Below are positions 39,465 to 47,942 of a stretch of DNA of 52,790 nt, piece after piece (position 1 is the first letter of the stretch; each line of letters starts with the position of its first letter). The stretch spans positions 1 to 52,790 of the IMG/VR virus record IMGVR_UViG_3300049846_001564; one strand, written 5' to 3'. The stretch is from a virus (Duplodnaviria; Caudoviricetes). A model generated the notes under the pieces. The model was not told where the DNA came from. It worked only from the letters and a program-made list of their open reading frames with translations, and did not search any database. Both the position numbers and the translations under genes were made by a program.

Positions 39465-41321
39465 TTATGTTATTTCACAATTACCACCGGCACACGCTAA
39501 TTCACCCTTTGCATCAGTAGAATCATCTAATTCTACCACTTTGCTTAAATCAATATCATGTAATACTTTTACCAATTCATTATATCTATCTTCCGAAATA
39601 TCCTCAAAAGGAGCTTGTTTGTATGTATGATCCGAAAAAGGAAGTACTGATAATCCGGCATAAAACTCTTTATTCTCCCACATCCATTCCCCGACAATAT
39701 CCCATTCATCTTGTTTAATTGATATAGTTGCGGACACATTATGCTTATTCGACCCACTTCTATGTCCCCTAGCTATCCAATTAGTTTGGATTTGTTTAAC
39801 GCGTTCTAATAAGCTCAAAGGTGGTTCCGTTCTCAAAGTAGCCCCGTTTGGTGCTTTTTGCGGTATTCCAATAACAGCCGTATCATGCGGCCTAAAAAAT
39901 TCATCTTCAATCAATTCCGGATGATAAATAGATAAATAAGTATAGATAGATTCATTCTTACCTACCCTAACTCTTCTTATATAATAATCATTATGCCAAG
40001 CATGGATACCTGAACTAGTACCTAATACACATGAACTAGTACCGGATGGCTTTACGGTAGTGCATCTGGCTGCCTTATTGATACCAATTAAATCAGCTAC
40101 GCGCTCGTTCTCTTTTTTAACTATATCAGCCGCTTCTTTAATATTATAATTAAATACTGCATTAGAAGCTATACCAGTCATTCCTATACCTATTAAAGCT
40201 TCTTTTTCAGTTGTTCTTCTCCAAACATCTCTAAGATAATGGAAATCAGTATATCCGGCCTGCAATGTACCTATTAGCGCGGCCGCCTTAACTCTTTCAT
40301 TTAAATCTTCCTGAGATTCAATATTAGATACATTTACCTCACATAAATTACAAAATTGATATGGTCTAAGAGCAATTTCACAACAAGGATTGGTACCATA
40401 ATCTTTATCATTAGTAAAGAAAATACCTGGTTCACCTGCCCCTGATGCTTCTATTCTTTTCCATAAGTCCATAAAATATTCTTTAGTTATTTTATGTCTT
40501 AATAATACAGCTGAATTATTTGCTCTACCACGTTGGGGGTTTAATTCCCACCAAGATCCTGTCTTACAGGATATCATATCGTGATCATCTGCACTAAATA
40601 AACTAATTAATGCGGCTCTTCTTATACCACCTGCAAGTACCGCATCAGCTATATGGCATACGATATCATGCACTTCTAATGAAGTTAATTTTTCACCATC
40701 GACTTTTCTTTCCAATACTCCCTTAACCTTAACTAAACATTCCATTAATGGTTGCGGGCCTGGTGCTTTACCTCCCGACGTTATTAATCTAGCTCCTTTT
40801 GGTCTGATATCTCTAAAGTCAAATTCTATATCAGAAGTACCTTTAAAATAACTAGCCACTAGCGCTTTAACTGCATCAGCCCATCCTTCTATTGAGTCAC
40901 TGACCAAAAACCGTTTAGTTCGATTTTTATTAGGTTTCCTAATTTCAGGAAGATGTTCTATGTGATGTTTCTGTACGCTAAATCCTACACCAGTGCCTCC
41001 CAATAGTAAAAACATTACCTCGCTAAATGACCTATAATCATCTATAGGTAGATAACAACAATTATATATTCTATTAGGACTAATCTCTATAGGTTTACCT
41101 GCAAATTGTAAAGAACGCATAGACGGTAATACTTTTCTATCATATACCATCTTATACGCATTTTCTATTTCTTTTTTTAATTTAGGGTATTTTTTAATAT
41201 GCATCTCCTTATTTCTGGAGATTAACTCTTCCCACGTTTCTCTTCTTTCTAGGGCCGGTAAATACCGGCTATACTTCATAAAAACTGTTATATCACTTAA
41301 AATTTTGTTTGATAATTCCAT
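39465..41321 (-). CDS. nrdJ: class II (AdoCbl-dependent) ribonucleotide reductase
   Basis: RRETWEE, LPSMR, YNC, GGIRRAA, TNPCCEI, CNL, VKPSGT, C-terminal ACAGGNCEI. Confidence 0.9.
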   Translation of the reverse strand: MELSNKILSDITVFMKYSRYLPALERRETWEELISRNKEMHIKKYPKLKKEIENAYKMVYDRKVLPSMRSLQFAGKPIEISPNRIYNCCYLPIDDYRSFSEVMFLLLGGTGVGFSVQKHHIEHLPEIRKPNKNRTKRFLVSDSIEGWADAVKALVASYFKGTSDIEFDFRDIRPKGARLITSGGKAPGPQPLMECLVKVKGVLERKVDGEKLTSLEVHDIVCHIADAVLAGGIRRAALISLFSADDHDMISCKTGSWWELNPQRGRANNSAVLLRHKITKEYFMDLWKRIEASGAGEPGIFFTNDKDYGTNPCCEIALRPYQFCNLCEVNVSNIESQEDLNERVKAAALIGTLQAGYTDFHYLRDVWRRTTEKEALIGIGMTGIASNAVFNYNIKEAADIVKKENERVADLIGINKAARCTTVKPSGTSSCVLGTSSGIHAWHNDYYIRRVRVGKNESIYTYLSIYHPELIEDEFFRPHDTAVIGIPQKAPNGATLRTEPPLSLLERVKQIQTNWIARGHRSGSNKHNVSATISIKQDEWDIVGEWMWENKEFYAGLSVLPFSDHTYKQAPFEDISEDRYNELVKVLHDIDLSKVVELDDSTDAKGELACAGGNCEIT

Positions 41322-41350
41322 TAAAATTATTTTTTTTTATTATAAATATA

Positions 41351-42727
41351 TCACCCTAAACTATCCCCGGACAGTTCTCTATACTTTGATGCTAAACTTT
41401 TACGCATATATTCATTACCATTATTAATCATTTCCTGGGTTTGTTTTCCTTGGTGCGATTCCGGTTCAAATATTTCAATTTTGCAATTTGCCATGTCCAA
41501 CCTACTAGGGAACGTAATTCCATCAACACCGAACCTATTTTTAATAACGGTCCATCTACCAGTACCTGCAATTTTATCAGTCATTTTTCTACTTAAAGAA
41601 ACTACAAAGTCTGCAACCATTAGTTTAGAATATGCTTCAGCTATTTTATCCCCACCAATAATATCCATTTCGGCAGCACTTCTATTTAATTGGGATGCTG
41701 AATATATAGGAAGTCCCAATTCTCCCGCCATACCTCGTAATTCTTCATATATACCGCCTAATATCTCATCTTTTCTAGAATTCTTATTAAAATGAGTACT
41801 AGATTCACGCAATAGATCGGCATAGTCTACTATAATAATATCCGGTTTAAATTCAGTAACTTTACATTTTTCAACGTGCGCCATTAATGTGTTTACTGAT
41901 GCGGTCTTTGTAGGATAATACTTTACTACTATTTTACCGGGCAATTTAGACACTGCGTCTTTAACATCATCCAAATGATACTTTAAATTAGTTTGTGCGA
42001 TGCCGGATACTAAACTATCTATTCTCTTACCTACATATGCTTCATTCAATTCCAATGTATAATATAAAGCATTCAATCCCATTTTGGCTGCATGAACTGC
42101 TATATTTACTAGTCCCATACTCTTACCTCCACCGGGCCCGGCAGCTAATATGATTAGCTCACCACTACCAAAGCCACCTTCGGTTATTTCATTAATGATA
42201 TCCCAGGGCGTAGGACGTACGTTCCTGGCAGCTTCTGAATACCGGACTTCTATATCTTCTTCATATCTATGGCCAATATTAGTATCAGCCCCCGCTTTAA
42301 GAGCAGAATCGATGCACCCTTTTATTGCGTCATAGTTGTTAATTTTTAAAAAATCAACTGACTTTAAAATTGCTTTTTTTAATTCTTGGTTCTTACAAAA
42401 TGCTAATGCTTCATCCTTTATAAATTGTAAATCTGTGGATTCTATTTGCTTAAGTACTTCTTTTAGTACATCAGCAATTAAGATTTTAAGAGGTTCATCA
42501 GCCAATTCCAATATCTTTACTTTCATAACAGACATGGACGGTGCTTCCTTATACTCTTTGTAATACTTAAATATTTGTTCTACAATCCATTGGGATTGTT
42601 CCGATTCAAAATACGTCGGATCTAAAATATCTAAAATTCTTTGGACAAACGCTTTATCCGAAAAAAGGGCGGCTATAACTTTTATTTGAAATGAATAACC
42701 AAAATAACTTAATTTATCTACTGACAT
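41351..42727 (-). CDS. replicative helicase, DnaB/gp41-like
   Basis: AGPGGGKS, YYTLEL, IVDYAD, ASQLNR, KNRFG. Confidence 0.92.
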   Translation of the reverse strand: MSVDKLSYFGYSFQIKVIAALFSDKAFVQRILDILDPTYFESEQSQWIVEQIFKYYKEYKEAPSMSVMKVKILELADEPLKILIADVLKEVLKQIESTDLQFIKDEALAFCKNQELKKAILKSVDFLKINNYDAIKGCIDSALKAGADTNIGHRYEEDIEVRYSEAARNVRPTPWDIINEITEGGFGSGELIILAAGPGGGKSMGLVNIAVHAAKMGLNALYYTLELNEAYVGKRIDSLVSGIAQTNLKYHLDDVKDAVSKLPGKIVVKYYPTKTASVNTLMAHVEKCKVTEFKPDIIIVDYADLLRESSTHFNKNSRKDEILGGIYEELRGMAGELGLPIYSASQLNRSAAEMDIIGGDKIAEAYSKLMVADFVVSLSRKMTDKIAGTGRWTVIKNRFGVDGITFPSRLDMANCKIEIFEPESHQGKQTQEMINNGNEYMRKSLASKYRELSGDSLG

Positions 42728-42781
42728 CTATAATAAATATATTTTACCTGTATTAATTTAATATAAAAAAAATTCTTATAC

Positions 42782-42813
42782 AAAAAAAGATCCACACAAT
42801 TAAGTATGGATCT
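42782..42813 (-). terminator. intrinsic terminator
   Basis: AGATCCATAC..GTGTGGATCT followed by a T-run. Confidence 0.7.
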
Positions 42814-42817
42814 ATTT

Positions 42818-43276
42818 CTATCTACATAATACGTCTGCGATTCTAACTGCAAAAGCCTCGCCTGGTTTACATCTAGTATGGAATCCAGATGCTTCACACA
42901 AACCTACTGCGCTAGGAAGTACTTTGTTACTTTCCCATTTCTTATTAGCATTTAAATCCAAGTCAATGTACTGAATTGGTATATTACAATCATCCCGTAA
43001 AAAGACAGCCACTTCATATGATCTTTGTACTTCACCCCATAACCTGGTGAATTGATCTTTTATTCTAGGTACTTTTTCCTTAGAATAAATTACGTGGCCA
43101 CCATTATTAGAATTAAAATGCAAAACAATAGCTGTAGCATATACCGTATAGTCGCCGTGATTCTGAGAGTCTGTTCCTACATATACACTAGTAAAAGGTA
43201 CCGATTTTAAATGGTCCTTAATATAAGATGATATGTTTTCAACAATAGTATTCGTGTCTAATCGCTTGTATTCCAT
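42818..43276 (-). CDS. RNase H-like YkuK/DUF458 protein
   Basis: VGTDSQ, RLWGEV..S, LDLN, IAD. Confidence 0.8.
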   Translation of the reverse strand: MEYKRLDTNTIVENISSYIKDHLKSVPFTSVYVGTDSQNHGDYTVYATAIVLHFNSNNGGHVIYSKEKVPRIKDQFTRLWGEVQRSYEVAVFLRDDCNIPIQYIDLDLNANKKWESNKVLPSAVGLCEASGFHTRCKPGEAFAVRIADVLCR

Positions 43277-43293
43277 AACATTCTAATTTAAAT

Positions 43294-43368
43294 TGGAGGG
43301 CGGAGAGGGAATTGAACCCACATAAATTGTTTTGCAGACAACCACCTTACGCAATCGGACATCCGCCC
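43294..43368 (-). tRNA. tRNA-Cys(GCA)
   Basis: Cloverleaf, loop CTGCAAA, U73-CCA. Confidence 0.9.
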
Positions 43369-43389
43369 TTGTTTATATATTGGTAAATT

Positions 43390-43753
43390 TGGTGGAGGAG
43401 GAGGGATTCGAACCCTCGTTTCCGATACCATTTTAAAGATTTTCTACAAGTTTAGTTATATTTTTCTAAATACACAAACTATCTATTTTTACAGAATAGA
43501 AACTGTTTACCACTCTTATTTATGATCACCTAATGGTCCGTGGTGATGGCTCTATTTTTAGGCTACTTCTAACACTTCAGGCTTGGCTTCCTGAGCAACA
43601 CGTGTAATAAAAGTTGGGATACTCATCATATCCTCAGAGTTATAAATGTTTCCACTTATAGTTACCTATTAATTTTTTAATCGCACACATTAATAGGCAA
43701 TGCGATACTTGCTTGTCAATAAACTAAATATCGGGGCTTTCCATGTCTCCCCC
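43390..43753 (-). ncRNA. ssrA: tmRNA
   Basis: GGGGGAG/CTCCTCC-ACCA with G3.U70; T arm GAGGG-TTCGAAT-CCCTC; tag ORF 43653-43558 GNIYNSEDMMSIPTFITRVAQEAKPEVLEVA*. Confidence 0.9.
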
Positions 43754-43758
43754 ATAAT

Positions 43759-43914
43759 GATTGCTAACTAAATAACTTTATCAGGTATCCCGTTGTCACG
43801 ACAGACGACTTCACACACCATAAGAAGCCAATGAGTATATAAATACTTGTCTAAGTGTGTACCCTTTCGCACCGTACTTCGTAGCTGTTATTCCACGCGT
43901 TGTAATTAGCAATC
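43759..43914 (-). ncRNA. unidentified structured RNA candidate
   Basis: Terminal inverted repeat GATTGCTAA/TTAGCAATC, nested AATAAC/GTTATT and ACACAC/GTGTGT; no ORF. Confidence 0.5.
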
Positions 43915-43940
43915 TGGATCTTATATAAATATAGTTCAAG

Positions 43941-44012
43941 TACCCAATACAAGATTTGAACTCGTATCTTTGCGTTCGAAGCGCAAGATGTTATCCTTTA
44001 CACCAATCGGGC
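43941..44012 (-). tRNA. tRNA-Arg(UCG)
   Basis: TTGCG-CTTCGAA-CGCAA. Confidence 0.9.
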
Positions 44013-44016
44013 AAAT

Positions 44017-44219
44017 AATTAATTGAGCTTAACCGGAATTCTGCTTTATCGTAACATTTGACTATTCCCTGACCAGAGTTTCGAAGCCTTGCTCACCGGC
44101 TAACTCAATTTAGGTTTCTACCTCGGTAGTGCAAATGATTTTTTAAATCTCCTACCTTAAGCAATGTAGTTCCGAGTTTTCTAATACATTTAAGTACTCG
44201 TTACGTTCTCTTATTAATT
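44017..44219 (-). ncRNA. rnpB: minimal RNase P RNA (~203 nt)
   Basis: P1 ends AATTAAT..GAG/CTC..ATTAATT; P2 CGTAAC/GTTACG; AGAAAACTCGGAA pairs with GCAGAATTCCGGTTA (P4 with bulged U). Confidence 0.7.
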
Positions 44220-44222
44220 TAG

Positions 44223-44295
44223 TACCTCTACCGAGATTCGAACTCGGACAAACAGTTTCTAAGACTGTCCTGACTACCAATTACAGCATAGAGGC
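44223..44295 (-). tRNA. tRNA-Leu(UAG), short variable loop
   Basis: ACAGT-CTTAGAA-ACTGT; variable loop TTGT. Confidence 0.85.
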
Positions 44296-44652
44296 ATTTT
44301 TTGTTCTTTCTCTTATACGTTCTCTAATTATTAACTCATCTCTTTTAGTTGGAATATAATTATTCATTAAATGATCCGGTACATTATCCCAACAATTACC
44401 ATAGTAAGTAACATTATAGTTTCTACGTTTGCATTCTTTATAAAGTTCTTCATATCTGTTTTTTAAATATAATAACTTATCATAAAAAAATTTTACATGA
44501 CCTTTACCTAAAGTGAATTCTTTCGGCTGATCTTTTAAGTTGTACCTTCCTTTAACTATACAATTAGGAATCCTTTTTATTTCACGATGCTCGGCTATTA
44601 AATGCCTATTTGATAACTCCACAACCGGAATAGCTACATTTATTCTAGTCAT
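44281..44652 (-). CDS. denV: pyrimidine dimer DNA glycosylase / endonuclease V
   Basis: MTRIN, HLIAEHREIKRI, LGKGHVKFFYDKL. Confidence 0.9.
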   Translation of the reverse strand: MTRINVAIPVVELSNRHLIAEHREIKRIPNCIVKGRYNLKDQPKEFTLGKGHVKFFYDKLLYLKNRYEELYKECKRRNYNVTYYGNCWDNVPDHLMNNYIPTKRDELIIRERIRERTKNASML

Positions 44653-44666
44653 TTTTTAAAATTTAG

Positions 44667-44739
44667 TACCCGAACCGAGATTCGAACTCGGACACTTAGG
44701 TTTTGAGTCTAATACGACTACCAATTACGTCATTCGGGC
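44667..44739 (-). tRNA. tRNA-Leu(CAA), short variable loop
   Basis: Loop CTCAAAA; variable loop GTGT. Confidence 0.85.
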
Positions 44740-44743
44740 ATAT

Positions 44744-44813
44744 ACGGATCATTTACCTAATATGATACTAATGGTGATCAAGTCCATAGGTAGGATTCGA
44801 ACCTACTTTTCCG
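44744..44813 (-). ncRNA. permuted tRNA-like module (T arm, closed acceptor, D arm)
   Basis: CGGA..GTAGG-TTCGAAT-CCTAC-CTATGG..CCATTAG-TA-TCAT..ATGA-TCCG. Confidence 0.5.
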
Positions 44814-44819
44814 TTTTTG

Positions 44820-44892
44820 TACCCCCACTCGGATTCGAACCGAGACACTTAGATTTTAAGCCTAATACGACTACCAATTACGTCATGGGGGC
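44820..44892 (-). tRNA. tRNA-Leu(UAA), short variable loop
   Basis: TTAGG-CTTAAAA-TCTAA; variable loop GTGT. Confidence 0.85.
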
Positions 44893-44901
44893 AAATTAAA
44901 A

Positions 44902-45645
44902 CTATCCTATTTTATTTATTATATCTTTTTTACTTAATTTCATTGCTTCGGATGCATATATACTAGATTTAGGTCCATTAACCTTACTCTGTCCACTTGA
45001 AAAGCCTTCTGTATAATTAGTGGAATAAGCATACTGCCCCGATATATCTACTACGACAAAATTAGACTTTATATTTACAGACCATATACCGTGCTGTAAT
45101 AATAACTGTATATAAACAGTTTTCCATTTAAATCCTTTCTTTTCTAGATTTTCTAGATTTGCCGCCGTTTGTTTACTAAACGATACTTTATCATACGGTT
45201 TTTTGATACCGGCAAAGTCTACGTTCTTTTTACCTATTTTAAACTTAAAGTGAGTTTTATTTTGTTTTTGAATTAATGCGGTATATAAGCTACTAACTTT
45301 ATCTCTAATCTTCCCAATTGAATATTTTTTTAATTCCGCTTTAGCTTTAGCGTCTTTCGCAATTAAATCTTTAATTTTTTTAGGCGTGCTATTATTATCA
45401 TGCAATAAATCTGAAAGTTCTTTTCCATCAAAAACTTTATGCAAATCCAATCCTCGCGGGACATCATTTAGTGATGTCTGTTTTAAAATTTCAATTGGAT
45501 CATAATATTTTTCATTTAGCTGTGCGTGCTTCCATTCCGAACTACTTTTGTAAATTGTTCCATGTTTATATTCCTTTATGTTATCAAGTATAATTTTGCT
45601 AATAGCAGGAATAATTTCTTTTGCACTTTTCTTAACTAGAGCCAT
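44902..45645 (-). CDS. hypothetical Lys-rich protein inside the tRNA array
   Basis: 247-aa ORF preceded by the ATATTTAT motif. Confidence 0.7.
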   Translation of the reverse strand: MALVKKSAKEIIPAISKIILDNIKEYKHGTIYKSSSEWKHAQLNEKYYDPIEILKQTSLNDVPRGLDLHKVFDGKELSDLLHDNNSTPKKIKDLIAKDAKAKAELKKYSIGKIRDKVSSLYTALIQKQNKTHFKFKIGKKNVDFAGIKKPYDKVSFSKQTAANLENLEKKGFKWKTVYIQLLLQHGIWSVNIKSNFVVVDISGQYAYSTNYTEGFSSGQSKVNGPKSSIYASEAMKLSKKDIINKIG

Positions 45646-45682
45646 TGTTTATTTTTATATAAATATTAAGAATTATTTTTTG

Positions 45683-45754
45683 AGCTTCTAACCGGGATCG
45701 GACCGATGAATCATCTTTACGAAAGACGTAGTTTACCAATTAACTTATAGAAGC
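45683..45754 (-). tRNA. tRNA-Thr(CGU)
   Basis: CGTCT-TTCGTAA-AGATG. Confidence 0.85.
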
Positions 45755-45757
45755 GAG

Positions 45758-45830
45758 AGCACCCACCAGGTAACGATCCTGGTTCTCTAGTTTACAAAAC
45801 TAGACATCATCCATTAAATGCTTTGGGTGC
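45758..45830 (-). tRNA. tRNA-Thr(UGU)
   Basis: CTAGT-TTTGTAA-ACTAG. Confidence 0.85.
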
Positions 45831-45836
45831 TTCATA

Positions 45837-46250
45837 TTACTGATTCTTTTCATAACCAGAAAGATACCCAATAATATTTTGTTTACCAACCGGATTCATA
45901 CTATGAACCAAATAATCAGGTAATTTAAGTTTATGATCTATACAAAAGTCTACTAACCATTTAGCACATTCATATCCTGTCTTTTCTTTAAACCGTGAAT
46001 AGTTTCTATTATATGCATCCGGACCTTCATACATAGTAGGAGCATAATGTTCATCAGCTAAATCATGATCAAATGAAATTAATTCCGGGAAAGCACCATC
46101 CTCATCAAACTTATTAGTTATTTCCTGAATAAACTCATCATACGACCTAACTACTACCCATCGTAAATTATTATACAATGTATTATGAGTATATTTAAAA
46201 GCGTCCATAGGGCTTCTAAAATCATCTAAGAATAAATTATATTTCATCAT
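45837..46250 (-). CDS. cyclic-phosphate-processing receiver-like domain protein
   Basis: LFLDD.R, ISFDHDL, TGYECAKWL, VHSMNPVG. Confidence 0.75.
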   Translation of the reverse strand: MMKYNLFLDDFRSPMDAFKYTHNTLYNNLRWVVVRSYDEFIQEITNKFDEDGAFPELISFDHDLADEHYAPTMYEGPDAYNRNYSRFKEKTGYECAKWLVDFCIDHKLKLPDYLVHSMNPVGKQNIIGYLSGYEKNQ

Positions 46251-46271
46251 AATAACTAATTTTTATTTTTG

Positions 46272-46357
46272 CGGAAGATAATGGTAACGATCCATTCCGG
46301 GTTTAAAGCCCGACCTCTGTTTAGCAAACAGGTACAATACCTCTCTGTCAATCTTCC
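46272..46357 (-). tRNA. tRNA-Ser(GCU)
   Basis: Loop TTGCTAA, long variable arm, G73. Confidence 0.9.
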
Positions 46358-46365
46358 GTATCAAG

Positions 46366-46449
46366 CGGTAAGTAGAAGTGTCGATCTCCCATCCTTGTAG
46401 ACGCATCCTAGTTTTCAAGACTAGTTCCCAGGCCGCTGGGGTACTTACC
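46366..46449 (-). tRNA. tRNA-Ser(UGA)
   Basis: CTAGT-CTTGAAA-ACTAG, long variable region, G73. Confidence 0.85.
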
Positions 46450-46457
46450 GTGTTATG

Positions 46458-46530
46458 TAGCTCTATAAGGATTCAAACCTTAACTCAATCATTCGTAGTG
46501 ATTAGTACTATTCAATTATACTATAGAGCC
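46458..46530 (-). tRNA. tRNA-Arg(ACG)
   Basis: AATCA-CTACGAA-TGATT. Confidence 0.9.
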
Positions 46531-46575
46531 ATGCTGAATATCAAGCAGTTACCCGAACCGCCCGAAGTTCATTAG

Positions 46576-46648
46576 TACCCCTACTAGGATTCAAACCTAG
46601 ATACTGGGTTTAGAAGACCCAGGTCCTATTCTATTAAACGATAGGGGC
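46576..46648 (-). tRNA. tRNA-Arg(UCU)
   Basis: TGGGT-CTTCTAA-ACCCA. Confidence 0.9.
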
Positions 46649-46654
46649 ATTTTG

Positions 46655-46727
46655 TGTTTCTACCAAGATTCAAACTCGGATAATCTCTTTAGGAAAGAGA
46701 TATGTTATTCAATTACATCATAGAAAC
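46655..46727 (-). tRNA. tRNA-Arg(CCU)
   Basis: TCTCT-TTCCTAA-AGAGA. Confidence 0.85.
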
Positions 46728-46774
46728 AATATATAAATTTAATTTATTATTACATATAAACCAAATTTATTAAG

Positions 46775-46848
46775 GGTGTCCAATGGGTTACGATCCCATG
46801 TCCTTACTTTCACAGAGTAGCGCACTTACCAATTATGCTATGGACACC
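46775..46848 (-). tRNA. tRNA-His(GUG)
   Basis: Loop CTGTGAA; encoded G-1 opposite C73. Confidence 0.9.
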
Positions 46849-46854
46849 ATTTTG

Positions 46855-46926
46855 CGCAAGTGGCAGGATTCGAACCCGCATAAGGCAGTTTTGGAGGCTG
46901 CTACCTAACCATTCGGACACACTTAC
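46855..46926 (-). tRNA. tRNA-Trp(CCA)
   Basis: Loop CTCCAAA, G73. Confidence 0.85.
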
Positions 46927-46939
46927 GTATTTGTCATTG

Positions 46940-47012
46940 TGGGAAACAGTGGACTCGAACCACATTGCAGTTCGGTTTTACAGACCGTCTGACCAACCCC
47001 GGGCGATTTCCC
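46940..47012 (-). tRNA. tRNA-Tyr(GUA), atypical D arm and short variable region
   Basis: CGGT-CTGTAAA-ACCG; T arm GTGG-TTCGAGT-CCAC. Confidence 0.7.
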
Positions 47013-47017
47013 AATTG

Positions 47018-47089
47018 TGCGTTCGAAGAGACTTGAACTCTTATAGCCTAGTTTAAGAGACTAGTACATTACCATTATGCTACGAACGC
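47018..47089 (-). tRNA. tRNA-Lys(CUU)
   Basis: CTAGT-CTCTTAA-ACTAG. Confidence 0.9.
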
Positions 47090-47186
47090 AATGTGCGAAC
47101 CTCTCTTCGCGTGTCACCCTCCACTGTTTAGCGCCTATCGGTATATACCGATTAAATTGAGTCCGCGGACAGGTCAACGACTCTCT

Positions 47187-47260
47187 TGGTACCCCCTGAG
47201 AGATTTGAACTCCCACCAATTGCATGTAAAACAATCACGCTACCATTACGCCAAAGGGGC
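47187..47260 (-). tRNA. tRNA-Val(UAC)
   Basis: ATTGT-TTTACAT-GCAAT; encoded CCA. Confidence 0.9.
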
Positions 47261-47271
47261 ATTTAAAATAG

Positions 47272-47349
47272 TACTCTCGGGGGGACTTGAACCCACATTT
47301 TCAACCAATTACCTTTATGCAAGATATAAGCTTGCGGGGATACGAGAGC
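47272..47349 (-). tRNA. rearranged tRNA-Ile(UAU): no D arm, D-loop-like variable region
   Basis: GCTCTCG-TATCCCC-GCAAG-CTTATAT-CTTGC-ATAAAGGTAATTGGTTGAAAAT-T arm-CGAGAGT-A. Confidence 0.7.
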
Positions 47350-47356
47350 AAATTCT

Positions 47357-47462
47357 GACATCACTAGGATTCAATTAACCGCCTTTAAGTTTTTATTGCT
47401 TTCGAGCAGAAACTCCATAATCCGTCGGAGCGTCCTTGAATCATTCGGACTAATAGATGTCA
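47357..47462 (-). ncRNA. unidentified structured RNA candidate between the two Ile tRNAs
   Basis: Nested TGACATC/GATGTCA and GATTCAA/TTGAATC stems plus internal hairpins. Confidence 0.45.
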
Positions 47463-47465
47463 TAG

Positions 47466-47543
47466 TCGGCAAGGAGGGAGTTGAACCCACATTTTCAACC
47501 AATTACCTTACTCCTGTGTATCAGACAGGGCGGATACTTGCCG
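47466..47543 (-). tRNA. rearranged tRNA-Ile(GAU): no D arm, D-loop-like variable region
   Basis: CGGCAAG-TATCCGC-CCTGT-CTGATAC-ACAGG-AGTAAGGTAATTGGTTGAAAAT-T arm-CTTGCCG-A. Confidence 0.7.
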
Positions 47544-47616
47544 TGGCTGCAAGGGTGGGGTTTCACCACGCATCCGGCTGACAGACCGGTACTCTATTTT
47601 GCTAAGCTACCTTGCG
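47544..47616 (-). tRNA. atypical tRNA-Asp(GUC)-like
   Basis: GCAAGG/CCTTGC acceptor, GCCA end, CCGG-TCTGTCAG-CCGG, non-consensus T loop TGAAACC. Confidence 0.5.
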
Positions 47617-47696
47617 ATACGAGCTTTTTATCTTATGACTAATACGTACTCGTCATCTATTATTACCTCGCATTTTTATACATTCCTGTATAAGAG

Positions 47697-47770
47697 TGGA
47701 CACGTTCGGACTTGAACCGAGAACTCTGGACTGCAAAACCAGTGTGATAGCCAAATTTCACCAACGGCCC
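47697..47770 (-). tRNA. tRNA-Ala(UGC)
   Basis: G3.U70, loop TTTGCAG, bulged acceptor stem. Confidence 0.8.
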
Positions 47771-47776
47771 TTATTT

Positions 47777-47862
47777 CCTCGTGCTACCATTACACTATAT
47801 CTCAAATACAACGACGTTGTCGTCGACATTCTCATAGATATCGGAATCGAACCGCTCTTAGG
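47777..47862 (-). ncRNA. permuted tRNA-like module with long insert closing the acceptor stem
   Basis: CCT..CGG-TTCGATT-CCG-ATATCT..AGATA-TA-GTGT-AATGGTA-GCAC-G-AGG. Confidence 0.5.
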
Positions 47863-47866
47863 GTAG

Positions 47867-47936
47867 ATGCCTCATTAGGACTTGAACCTAAAATTACTGC
47901 TTCAGAGGCAGTAGTGTTACATTACACTATAAGGCA
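47867..47936 (-). tRNA. tRNA-Gln(CUG)
   Basis: ACTGC-CTCTGAA-GCAGT. Confidence 0.85.
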
Positions 47937-47942
47937 TTTTAG

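Noticed and set aside
39569-39757. Nested minus-strand ORF inside the RNR gene
   Set aside because: Alternative frame within a conserved CDS, with no independent support.
718-42563. Numerous plus-strand ORFs in the track
   Set aside because: All are antisense shadows of well-supported minus-strand genes and show no recognisable motifs.
24466-42727. Inteins or introns in PolB, RNR or helicase
   Set aside because: Lengths and motif spacing look normal; no intein-like junctions or LAGLIDADG blocks noticed.
570-45645. Genome-wide TAG reassignment implied by the CUA tRNA
   Set aside because: Long conserved genes are intact under the standard code, and TAG ends several genes (10000, 34726, 35529, 42818, 44902) at sensible positions; only the Pth2 module shows internal TAGs.
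47090-47186. HDV-like (theta) ribozyme after tRNA-Val
   Set aside because: I could not build P3/L3 and P1.1 of the nested double pseudoknot; kept only as an unknown structured spacer.
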